Shown: piece by piece, positions 36,846 to 48,199 of the stretch
Layout: the number at the start of each line of letters is the position of its first letter
How positions within the stretch are numbered: the first letter of the stretch is position 1
Origin: Azolla caroliniana
Lineage: Eukaryota; Plantae; Polypodiophyta
Length of the DNA: 64,000 bases
Assembly: GCA_043228905.1 (NCBI GenBank)
Contig: JBHGNT010000007.1
Span: 17,360,001-17,424,000, forward strand
Direction of reading: 5' to 3'
The notes under the pieces: generated by a model
What the model was told of the DNA's origin: nothing
The model's input: only the letters and a program-made list of their open reading frames with translations
Database searches by the model: none
Made by a program: the position numbers and the translations under genes

Positions 36846-39800
36846 ATGGGCGAATATGTGTTTAATGGTCTCTCACCCGAGGCCACCCAGGCTATTTCAT
36901 CTTTCATTTCCTCAAAGTATGATGAATTATGGATGGAGGTTGAGGACAAAACTGACAAAATTTTAAGCCAAATTCAGCCTTCAAGAGCATCCGAGGAATG
37001 TAGAAAGGTCGTGATCGATTATGTGGAAGGGCTTATTGAAAGAGAGTTTGACTGCAAGGTAACATCCCCCCATTCTATACGATTTATAGGCACAAATGTT
37101 ACTGCTATTTGACTCCATTATTGAACATGACTAATATCCAATTGATTTTTTTGTAATATATTTTGCTCAATTTTATGGCGCTAGTTTTTTATGGTATCGT
37201 TATAAACCATATGTTTTAGGTCTTCCCCTTTGGTTCTGTGCCGCTGAAAACTTACCTTCCTGACGGTGACATAGACCTTACAGCTATAACTGGGTTTCGC
37301 CTGCTCAACAACACTTGGGCTACTGATGTTTCTGCGGTGTTAGAACGTGAAGAGCGAAATGGAAACTCAGAATTTCATGTCAAAGAAGTGAAATGCATCT
37401 ATGCCGAGGTATTTATCTTTATAATACTCGAGCAAGACCTACAAGTTTTTTACGTAAGATTTACATTTATATTCATTTGATATTTTCATCCAATTGGGTA
37501 TTGATTGTATATCGTACACTCAAGTTTGTTGTTAAAATTTCTATACATATATAGCTGACGCTCGAACCATTGCTGTGTTAGGTCTGTGCCATGTTTTAAG
37601 GGGTTTATGATGGATGAGGGTGTTCAGCCCTTTTTTTGTGTACAAACATTGCATTACCCATAATTCCGTAGCTTTTGCATATACGGAAATCAATAAAAAA
37701 CAAGAATATCCACAAATGATCATACTAGCAAGAGTTGTGCTTAGGCATCTTTCTATGTAAATACGTCGAGAGTTAAATATGTTCCTGCAATTCACGGTCA
37801 TCTGTAAGGTATTTAATTGGAAACCTCATGGTAACAATAAAGAACAATTCTTTCCTGTGTGCATTCAGTCTTGTTTTAGATTGTCTCATAACTACATTGC
37901 ACCATTCACTCAGGTGCTTGCTCCAAATGTGGGCCTTGTGCTAAGATGGTGACACTGTAAAGTGCATTGACCCTTCTCAGAGATTAACATAGGCTCCCCT
38001 TTCTTCTTGATTTTTTCAAATTGGTTTATGTTGGATGCTTTGAATCCATCTTTTCTGTATGTCATTTCATTGATTTCATTTTGTGTATCACTGAATCTAT
38101 GGCAGGATATTCATGTGACCCTTGATTTCTAAAGAGAAATTGCTGCACAGGTGCCTGTTGTAAAATGCTTGGTGGAAAATATAATTGTTGACATATCTTT
38201 CAATCAGCTAGGGGGGTTGAGCACACTATGCTTCTTGGAAGAGGTAATCAGTGAGGCCCTATGTGGATGTAAGTTTTTCATGGGAAGGTGTTACAAATGC
38301 TCCATTTTCGTCAGGTCGACAGACTGATAGGTAGAGATCACCTGTTCAAAAGAAGTATTATTCTTGTTAAGGGTTGGTGCTTTTATGAAAGCCGTATTCT
38401 AGGGGCACATCATGGTCTACTGTCTACCTATGCCTTGGAGGTCCTAGTTTTATATGTTTTCCATGTATTCAATCAGTCACTACGGGGTCCCCTGGAGGTG
38501 CATATGACCTATATTTATCTTATTTGAGCATTATCTATCACCCGTCAGTGAGTAACTCAATAACAGTTTGAATTTGGTTGGTACGTCTAGGTACTTTTCC
38601 GATTTCTTCAAATTTTCAGCAAGTTTGATTGGAATCAATATTGCCTTAGCCTCTGGGGACCTATCCCTCTCGCTTCATTACACACCATGGCAGGTATTGC
38701 TGCATGAATTTAATTAAAAGCTATTGAAGTTACACCTTTTAATCATTTTATACAACTTTATTGTCTCTTTCTTGCAGTAGAACCCACTCAAAATCCTGAC
38801 AACAAATTTTTGCTAAATGAGCACTATCTAAGTGCATGTAGGGAGAAATATAAGACACTGCAGGAAGGCACCCAAGCGAGAACATTTGGCCAAAAGTTCA
38901 TGAACTTGATGGATCCATTACGACCCTTCAACAATCTTGGTCGGAGTGTTAATAAAGGCAGGTGTTAATTCATATATATATATATATATATATATTGATA
39001 GATTGATTGACTTGTCTGCAATGGTGTTACCAATAGGTAATTTTGTTAGGATACACAGTGCCTTTGCATATGGGGCTGCACAATTGGAGAAACTACTGCA
39101 AAGCCCAAGAGAGATATTCTCTGAGGTGCTAGCCAGATTTTTCCGCAACACACAAGGGCATTGCCGAGCTCATCACATTGATGCTAGCACTGTATGGTCT
39201 CCAATCAATCCTGCTTTATGTAGCTGCAAAACAGACAGTGAAGCTTCCACGAGCAGTATGGAGAAAAGAGAGGAGATAGTGCATGTGATTCCCACGCAAG
39301 AAGAGCAAGTAAATAGGCCAGGAAGAATAGATAGAACATCTAATTATGATGATGGTGGGCTTGAACAGAAAGTAGACAACATGAAACTGAGGGTCAAGGC
39401 AGCAAATGGAAGTGAGGATGATTCAACTGATGACAATATCACCTCAAAGCATGATGCACCTGCTGATTTTGCTGATATTGTGGGAACATTTCCTAATCAG
39501 GATATTGGTTTCTTGTTTGATCAACATTCTGTAAATATTATTCTAAAAGATAGAATTCAATTACCGGAGAATAGAAGTAGTAGCCCCTTGAATGATATGG
39601 CCACACGGCTGTCTGAAGTTGGTGCATGCAAACTGGAAGAGTGTAATCATCAACAGAATCAGGAAGTTGCCCAATATGACGCAATCCAGATTGATAATTT
39701 GAGCTGTAGTAATATAATTCAATCACAAAAGTCTGAGATTCAAGACAGTGATGCAGACATATTGGAAGGGGATTATGGAATTCATTTGTGTAATCTAGAA

Positions 39801-42800
39801 ACTGGACACTTCTATCAGAACATGCACATGCATAGGAACCTTCCGTATGTATACAGTATTTATCATCAAAGAGGTTTGATGTGGGAAGCTCATGGAAGAC
39901 ATCCTGCAATGAGCCTGGACCACTTTTCCCAGAATAACAGTGGCAGAAATGGGATTCCTCAAGATAGATATATTATGTTAAATAATATGTTTCTAGATGG
40001 GGTTCCAAAGAATAAACGAGGAATAGGAACTTTCTTTCCCATTCTGGTGAGTCTATAAACTATTGTACTTTAATTTAGTTGGATACATTGCATTGAGCTT
40101 AGTTGAACACATCGCTTTAAACTTAGTCGTATGTCTTGAATGTCATTTAGAAGCCAAAGCTTGAAAGGGACAAATATTTATCAGAAAATGGTAATAGAGC
40201 TCTGCAAGGGTCAATTGATGGTATAGAATCCATCACTGCAGCTAATCAGAATGGATCTTTGGCTTTTAGATCAAAGGCTCATTTGACAAAAAAACAATAT
40301 GGGCTAAATAAGACTAGAACTAAAACAAGCACAGGCCCCATAATTAGAGAGGTGTGGGAGTCATCAGCTGATGACTCTGTGCTTGGAGGTGTATCATCTA
40401 TTCCAATTACATTTCAGAAGCAAATAGACCTCAGTGATTCAAATAGCGGAACTGATGGTAGGTCCCTTGATCTACCATTAGAGAAGCTGGAATTTGGATC
40501 ATTTGGGCCAGGATTCTTGACTCAGGGTTTATACGACGTGAATATCAACAAAGATGCCATGTCTACATCCCAATCTCATGTAAATCGTTCCTTGCATGGT
40601 GATACTTCAGAAGCTACAACAACTATTGCTATCTCAAACTTCCAAGGTCAGGGTCACTCGATCAATCATAACAAATCAGGCCCTGATGACTGCGAGGATA
40701 TCTTGAAAGGACATCATGATGATCAAAATAAAAGGTAAACGATACTTGTCATTTTATTCGATTATATCGAAGTTGATTTGTATTTCCTTGCAAAATGATA
40801 TACGCAACTTTGTAATCAAAACGGAAAATAAACTTGTTAATACCATATCCAGTCATTTCTTTCTTTTTCATGATTTGTGCATTTCATATGCTTAAACAAT
40901 TATAAAATTTTCCATCCAGCAAGATCCAGGCATTTAGAATAACCTTTAGCAGATACTAGTGTGCCTCCCCTGCTTTCTTGGCATCAAGAGTGATGAGGCA
41001 CTAAAGGGGTACTTTCATTCTCAACATTAAGCTGGATCTTTCTGATGGTTCCAAGATGATAGGGGATTCCTTATTCTTATTTCCAGGGTTCTATTTCTCT
41101 TTAGGCTGGCTCAAAGCTCTACCACGAATCAAGTGACAATGTCATTAGGGTGGTGGATCTTTGGTGGCTGATATACTCTTGTCTCAATGTTTCTTTCCAG
41201 TCATTATAATTTAGTGCACTGTGTTCTAAATCATTCGTGCATGGAAATGGTACTGCTATTTCTGTCCATTCCCCACTAGACGCAACATGGTTACTCAAAA
41301 AAACAGTAATAATTTATTTCAAAGAAACATTAACTTGTGTTCAATATTTTATGAAACTTCATTTTTCATCTTTTCTTTCTTGTAAACTCTTCCTCTATAT
41401 TGCCTCTCTTGTCTTGCAAATTTTCATACCCTTGTTTTCATGAAGCTTCACCCCCCATCATACTAATTTCTTCATCCTTCGTTTCCTCCACTGTTGCCTC
41501 TCTTTCATTACAGATGTGAGCGTTTTCTTTGAATCCTGAATTTTTGTGCTCTTTTTACCCCATTTCTGAAAATAACTGAAGCTTCCATTCTTTCATCTCA
41601 TCTAAAGACGCCTATTTGTCAATCCCCAATGAAGCTCAAAATTTTGAACAAACTCAGGTGGGTTGGACTTACAATAACGTATTTTTAGGGTTGGATTTTA
41701 CATGTTTTATATATATTCTACATTGACCCCACTATTTTGCTATAGATTTTGTTGCTTCTTGTATTCACAAGATCATCTTCTTGGTTTATTCTTATGAAGG
41801 GTATACTATATGTATATGCTCATCATCTTTTTTGGTTGGTTGTTCTAGGCCATTTGCTTTACGCTTTTGTTTTCTGTTAGTTTTTCACTTACAATTTTCA
41901 GCTTCATTCCTCCATTATTTTGCTTCCTGAGGATGACGGTAATGCATTATTGTCTTGCATGGTCATGCAGTTTCTCAGACCCCATCAAGAATGCATGGGC
42001 TTCTGTCTTACCAGAAAAAAGGCAAATAGCTCTCATATATTAAAGATCAAACACTTTTGTTTCTCAAGCAGCTTGGTTTTCTAAGTCTATCGATTATTAT
42101 TTTGGTCTTATCAATGTCTATCATTGTAAATTATATTTTGGCGTTCATTTAAAGTAGTGTGGATCTGTACAAATATTACATAGTTGTCAAATAATCTTGC
42201 CATGAAGCTCTACACATGGTGGGATTTGTGGACAAAATTTAAGGAAGACTGGAATACATAAGCTAAAGTGCAGGTTGAACAAAATTATGGGAGAATTTTA
42301 GAAGGTAAATCAGTTGTATGGAAAATTGTCATGACTTAGCAGGTGGCATTTTGGTTGAAAGATTGATTAATTGTATGGGTTTATAGATGACCTTTTGTAC
42401 TAGACATTCCAAAAGTTCACATGATTGGCTTGGATCTGCGAGGTATGTTAAAGACTTTCAGATCTGCAATGTGCTATTAGTCTTTAAGAAGAGATTGAAA
42501 TTTCCTCTAAATTGCACCAAACACTTCATGAGTGATAATTATATTGAGAATTAAACTTTTCTTTGCATATATCTCAAGTATAATGAATGAAATACAGGTT
42601 TGGGTTCTCTCGCTCTTCTTGCATTTGGTCCACAATCACAAACATGTATAGTGTTGGGAATAAAGGGCCATCGTGCCTTTTATTAGTGCACGAGTGTGAA
42701 CACACTCATAGCACATTTTTGACTTGTATATACATAATATCTAAAAACCAAAAAAGAGGTACACTGATTGTACCCAAGACAACGTGCATCTCTCTCTCTC

Positions 42801-45800
42801 TCTCCCTTTGTCTCTCACTCAGACTCTCTCCCTCTCGGTTTTTGACCTAAACCCTAATCCTTGTGCCGCCTTCAAACTGATATTAGAGCAGAGTTTAGGG
42901 TTTTCTGAAGAGCAGAGTTTAGGGTTTTTTGCAGAGCAGAGTTTAGGGTTTTCTACAGAGCAGAGTTTAGGGTTTTCTGCAGAGCAGAGATTAGGGTTTT
43001 CTGTAGAGCAAAGTTAGGGTTTTCTGTAGAGCAGGTCACGTTTTCAGCAGAGCAGGTTTGGTCTTTCATTTGGGCTAAGAAATCATGACTAACAGCAGTG
43101 ATAGTAGTCACCTTATGCACATCAAGAAGCTTGAGGGTGCACATAACTTTGCGGTTTGGAAAAAGCAGTGTTACAACATCAGATATGGACCAAGATAATT
43201 GGCAAGAGTTGAACGAGCTTGCACGCTCGATTATTGAGTTGTCCATATAGAATAGGCACAGTCCAAACCTTCAATAATCGACAACTCAATAGTCGAGCGT
43301 GCAAGCTCATTCAACTCTTGCCAATCATCTTGGTTCATATCTGTAGGCTTTACCCCTTTGACTTTAATAGTCTTTGCATGCTGCTTTTGCAACAGGATGT
43401 TGTAGCACTGCTTTTTCCAAACCGCAAAGTTATGTGCACCCTCAAGCTTCTTGATGTGCATAAGGTGGCTACTGTCATTGCTGTTAGTCATGATTTCTTA
43501 GCCCAAACGAAGGACCAAACCTGCTCTACTGAAAACGTGACCTGCTCTACAGAAAACCCTAAACTCTGCTTTGTAGAAAACCCTAAACTCTGCTTTGCAA
43601 AAAACCCTAAACTTTGCTTTGCAGATAACCCTAAACTCTGCTCTGCAAATAACCCTAGACTCTGTTCTACAGAAAACCCTAGACTCTGCTCTGCAGAAAA
43701 CCCTAGACTTTGCTCTGCAGAAAACCCTAAACTTTGCTCTGATATCAGTTTGAAAGCAGCATGAGGATTAGGGTTTAGGTCAAAAATAGAGAGGGAGAGA
43801 GTCTAAGTGAGAGACAAAGGGAGAGAGAGAGATGGACAATGTCTTGGGTACAACGAGTGTACCTCTTTTTTGGTTTTTAGATATTATGTATATAGAAGTC
43901 AAAACTGTGCTACGAACACGTTCACGCTTGTGCACTAATAAAAGGCACGACGGCCCTTTATTCCCAACACCAAAGTCCTGCAAATGTATTTTCCTAGGAT
44001 ACGGTGACGAGGGTGAAATGGGGTATAGATTGTGGGATCCCGAGGAAAGAAAAATAGTAGGCAGCAATGATGTTATCTTCCGGGAAAATCGCATGCATAA
44101 ACAACCCGAAAAGACCGAGGAAGTACGGAGGGTTGTATTCTGAGAAGAAATACCTTTTAGACAGAAGAATGTGCCCGCTGTACAGCAGGAAACACCTGCT
44201 GTAAACTTTCCCGCAAATGCAAAAAATGAGGCTGGAAATGATCAGCCAGCCTTTGCCAATAATGATCAGCCACCAAATGTGCAGGAACGGCTAGAACAGC
44301 AAGCTGTTAATGCTGATTTGCAGGCTGAAATGCCTGGACAGCAAGTTGAAAATGATGATTTGCATACTCAACAGCTACCAAACAATGAGCATTGGGTTAG
44401 GAGATCGTCTAGAGTTACTAGACAGCCTAACAGATTTCTTCCTGATGCAAATAGTGTGGCTGATTATGTCTTGGTAACTGATTGTGGCGAACCGACTTGC
44501 TTCACGGAAGCAATGGACAGACAGAACAATAAGAAATGGTATAAAGCCATGTTGTTAGAGATGGAATCTCTTGAGAAAAATGACACTTGGGATTTGGTGC
44601 AGTTGCCTAAAGGGCAGAAAACACTTCCATGCAAATGGGTTTATAAAAGGAAGGTCATTTCTGATTTCCTCGCCAAAGTACAAAGCAAGATTGGTTTGCA
44701 AAAGGATACAAGCAGGAATATGGAGTTGATTTTGATGAGATCTTCTCGCATGTAGTCAAGATGACTACATTAAGAATAATTTTGGGCTTAGTTGCAGCTG
44801 AAGATATGGAGCTCATACAGATGGATGTGAAGACCGCCTTTTTACATGGCAATTTGCATGAAGACATATATATGCAGCAACATGAAGGTTTTGTGGCTAA
44901 AGACAAAGAGAAGATGGTTTGTAAGCTCAAAAGGAGTTTGTATGGGTTGAAACAAGCACCAAGAGAACGGTATCATAAATTTGATGCATTTATGCAGTCT
45001 CAAGGTTTTCGTAGAAGTCAAGTGGACCACTGCTTGTACACCAAGAAGGCAGGAGATGGCAGCCTGATTGTCTTGGTTTTGTATGTTGATGATATGTTGA
45101 TTGCTGGCAAGGATATTCATGTGTTGGATTCATTGAAGCAAAGCCTTCATGGCAGCTTTGATACCAAGGATCTTGGTGATGCAAATCACATCCTTGGCAT
45201 GTGAATACTCCGAAACCGGTCGAAAGGGGTACTCTTTCTATCTCAGCAGGAGTATATCTCTAAGGTTTTGCAGCGTTTCAATATGGAGGGGGGGAAAACA
45301 ATTGGGGTTCAATTGCCTCCATATTTGAAACTCAGTGCAGAAGACTGTCCTACATCTGATGATGAGAAGGCTGAAATGGCTAAGGTTCCGTTCCATATGC
45401 TTCAGCCATTGGCAGTTTGATATATGCGATGGTTGCTACACGACCTGATATTGCCTTTGCAGTGGGAGTGGTTAGTAGGTACATGGCAAATCCAGGCAAA
45501 AAGCATTGGGAAGCGGTGAAAGGTATTATGAGATACCTCAAAGGCACAAAGGACTTGGGCATTTGCTTTGGAAAGCAAAAGGCATCTGTCGTTGGTTTTA
45601 CGGATGCGGACTATGCTGGTCATGCAGACTGGAGGAAGTCTACTGCTGGGTATGTGTTTACTTTCACAAGAGGAGCGGTCTCTTGGATCTCCAGACTACA
45701 GAAGTGTGTTGCATTGTCTACTACAGAGGCACAATATGTTGCTGCCACTGAGGCATGCAAAGAGGCTTTATGGCTTTCATATCTAGTGAGAGATCTTGGC

Positions 45801-46866
45801 ATTACAGAGTCACCTATTCTTCATTGTGACAGCCAGAGTGCTATCATGCTAGCTCGGAATCCCGTCTTTCATGCAAAGACGAAGCACATAGAGGTGAAGT
45901 ATCACTTCATCAGAGATGTACTTGACAGCAAGAACATTGAGCTTGTCAAAGTACATACAAATAATAATCCTGCAGATCTTCTCACGAAGGGTCTTTCAGC
46001 TGAGCGATTTGCTCATTGCCGGCAGATGATGGGAGTTGGATAGATGTATGTAGTTCAGCTTTGTACATACTTGGATTTAGCTGACTTTTTTTTTTTCTTC
46101 TCACTGCACATTGCCTTTAGGTGGGAGGTTGTTGGGAATAAAGGGCCATCGTGCCTTTTATTAGTGCACGAGTGTAAATGCACTCGTAGCACATTTTTGA
46201 CTTGTATATACATAATATCTAAAAACCAAAAAAGAGGTACACTCTTTTTACCCAAGACAGCGTGCATCTCGCTTTCTCTCCCTTTGTCTCTCACTCAGAC
46301 TCTGCAAGGTATGATAAAGACTTTCAGATCTGCAATGTGCTATTAGTCTTTAAGAAGAGATTGAAATTTCCTCTTAATTGCACCAGACACTTCATGAGTG
46401 ATAATTATATTGAGAATTAAACTTTTCTTTGCATATATCTCAAGTATAATGAATGAAATACAGGTTTGGGTTCTTTAGCTCTTCTTGCATTTTGTCCACA
46501 ATCACAAACATGTATAGCCTTCATCTTTCTATTCAAGGGAAAGCTTTGTTCTCTTGATCTCCAAAGACTTCTGGTAAATGAACTGGTGCATTTTATAACA
46601 TTGGTTTTTGTGAATATGGATATATTTCCTGGTTATTCTCTTAACTCATCTATATAAATGTTTTGTAATATATGCTCTGTTTATATGGGATTTTGTGAAC
46701 ATGGATATATGTCCTTGTTATGGATATACAACATGTCTACTGTTTTTGCAGTGAGCAATGTCCTTATGAGCTAAGAGAAGAAGACTTTCCTCCCCTTACT
46801 TTCTTTGGTCAGAGAGAATCTTCACGTATGTTTGAAGCTCAAAAAAGTTCTAAACTGGCTAGCTGA
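36846..46866 (+). CDS. PAP/OAS1 substrate-binding-domain nucleotidyltransferase (Pol beta-like NTase, ~889 aa, 9 coding exons)
   Basis: Exons 36846-37058, 37220-37408, 38151-38243, 38315-38497, 38591-38693, 38778-38957, 39037-40046, 40151-40734 and 46752-46866, total 2670 nt in frame. Motifs FGSVPLKTYLPDGDIDL, IIVDISFNQLGG, HLFKRSIILVKGWCFYESRILGAHHGLLSTYALE, DPL..NNLGRSV, LEFGS and EEDFPPL. Confidence 0.9.
42435..42651 (+). repeat. 217-bp direct duplication, left copy (flanks Copia A)
   Basis: Near-identical to 46301-46517 and ends exactly at the TG of the first LTR. Confidence 0.95.
43244..43969 (-). mobile_element. Inverted 5' end of a sibling Copia (LTR 43751-43969, PBS, 24-bp repeats, gag start)
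   Basis: Minus strand reads tgttgggaataaaggg...ttca, then aactgatatcagagc, then gag MTNSNDSSHLMHIKKLEGAHNFAVWK from 43491. Confidence 0.93.
43970..46043 (+). pseudogene. Copia pol remnant (integrase C-terminal region, RT, RNase H)
   Basis: KCIFLGY..GYRLWDP, NDTWDLV, QMDVKTAFLHG, LYGLKQAPR, LYVDDML, TRPDIAFAV and KHIEVKYHFIR, with stops and frameshifts. Confidence 0.92.
46301..46517 (+). repeat. 217-bp direct duplication, right copy
   Basis: Matches 42435-42651 and joins the truncated LTR through a tct microhomology. Confidence 0.95.
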
Positions 46867-48199
46867 AGATCGTGTCATGAGGCTTGTCTAATTGAGAACT
46901 CTTCTTAGGCACACTACTAAAATAAGAATATTGAGGAATCTGCATACAATCTCTCGTGACGTGGTACGACTTCCAGTGTCCCATGCTCAACACGAGAACT
47001 CTTACCATAACATCTATATAGCTAGTTCCCTTATGAGAGATGCAGAGAATTATTATATCTTCAAATGATGTCTTTGTATAAAACCATTTTACATATTACG
47101 GTTTTGGCCAATGTTACCCTTCAATAGAGCTAAAAGCTTGCGGAAAGGGTATTTCAACAAGCATTCCTTTACATTATGGAAAGCTTTGTTGATACGTGGT
47201 AGAATGCAATATATATACACATGTGTTTTCAAGAACTGTTTTCGCTTTAGATGAAACAGTTAATGTATTATGACCTTGAATTCTTGAGTATACGGTTTAG
47301 ACATACAACTTGCTACAGTTTGTTTGGCTTTCGGATGATGCTTTAGGGATGTTAAAATGTGGTATATTGCAACTTTCATTAGTATATCAAAGTTAGTGGT
47401 ACTGCCATCATCCATGCTTGAGGTTTTACCTTGTTAATTTTATGTGCGTTTATTTATGAAACCACAAAAAATTCTATGAGTTGAGGGTTACTTGCTCTCT
47501 CATTTCTCTTTTTGTCTGCCCACGTTCTATTTGAAAACCAAGAGTACACCTTAGAGGACTTGCATAGTAAATCACTTAGGTGCATTGTTTGCCCTAATAA
47601 GTAGTTATAGGCAATGGTTCAATTGGAGTGTAAGCTGAGAGGTTTAACTATTTTAAACCATCTTAATGGCTTGGAGGCTCAGCTTGGCTTGGTTCAAGCT
47701 GGGGTTCCTTTTAGTAGTTATATCTCAGCTCCCTTAAACTACAGATTCTTGTATAAAACCTCAAATTATGATGAAGCATTAATTCTTTAACTCATAGTTT
47801 CAATCCTAATTATGTACCGACGTGTTCCAAAGAAAATCATAGGATAGTTTGTGCTGAAAATGATTCTCTTTTCTTATTTTAAACCTTTGTTCTATTTCTT
47901 ACTAACTTGTAAGGGAGGCTCTATAATCTCAACACAACACTTTGCATGTTTTTTAATTAGATGTATTCTTACATGTGATTATACTGTCAGAATCCAAAAT
48001 ACTACTGTAAAGTTGTATCCTGATTCAGCTAATAGAGTTTATCGAATGTGGAACTAATAGAAAATCGTGAGAAGCTATTTCAAAATCATTACATTTCTGC
48101 ATTTGTTCATAGTAGTAGAAATTTTGAATAAGAAAATTGTTTATAGCAGTAGACATTTCTGTATTTTGTTGGGGTATGTAAAAAAAAATCTAAGAATTA

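Larger units (their letters stand above)
42652..46303 (+). mobile_element. Rearranged Ty1/Copia element A with three LTRs, in the last intron of gene 2
   Basis: In order: LTR(+) 42652-42874 (TG..CA), PBS-like aactgatattagagc, gag start 43085, inverted gag/PBS/LTR segment 43244-43969, pol 43970-46043, PPT aggtgggagg, truncated LTR(+) 46130-46303. Confidence 0.93.

Noticed and set aside
38937-40058. 373-aa ORF as a standalone gene
   Set aside because: It is exon 7 of the nucleotidyltransferase plus flanking sequence.
42887-43740. Regular 24-bp repeats resembling a CRISPR array or interstitial telomere
   Set aside because: There are no unique spacers, no cas genes and no contiguous (TTTAGGG)n. 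The repeats lie in a Copia leader.
43219-43764. 181-aa ORF with CSAENPRL repeats
   Set aside because: It is the antisense reading of Copia gag plus the 24-bp leader repeats.
47630-47732. Short imperfect inverted repeat (agctgaga...tctcagct)
   Set aside because: Too short, no TSD, and no support as a MITE or miRNA.
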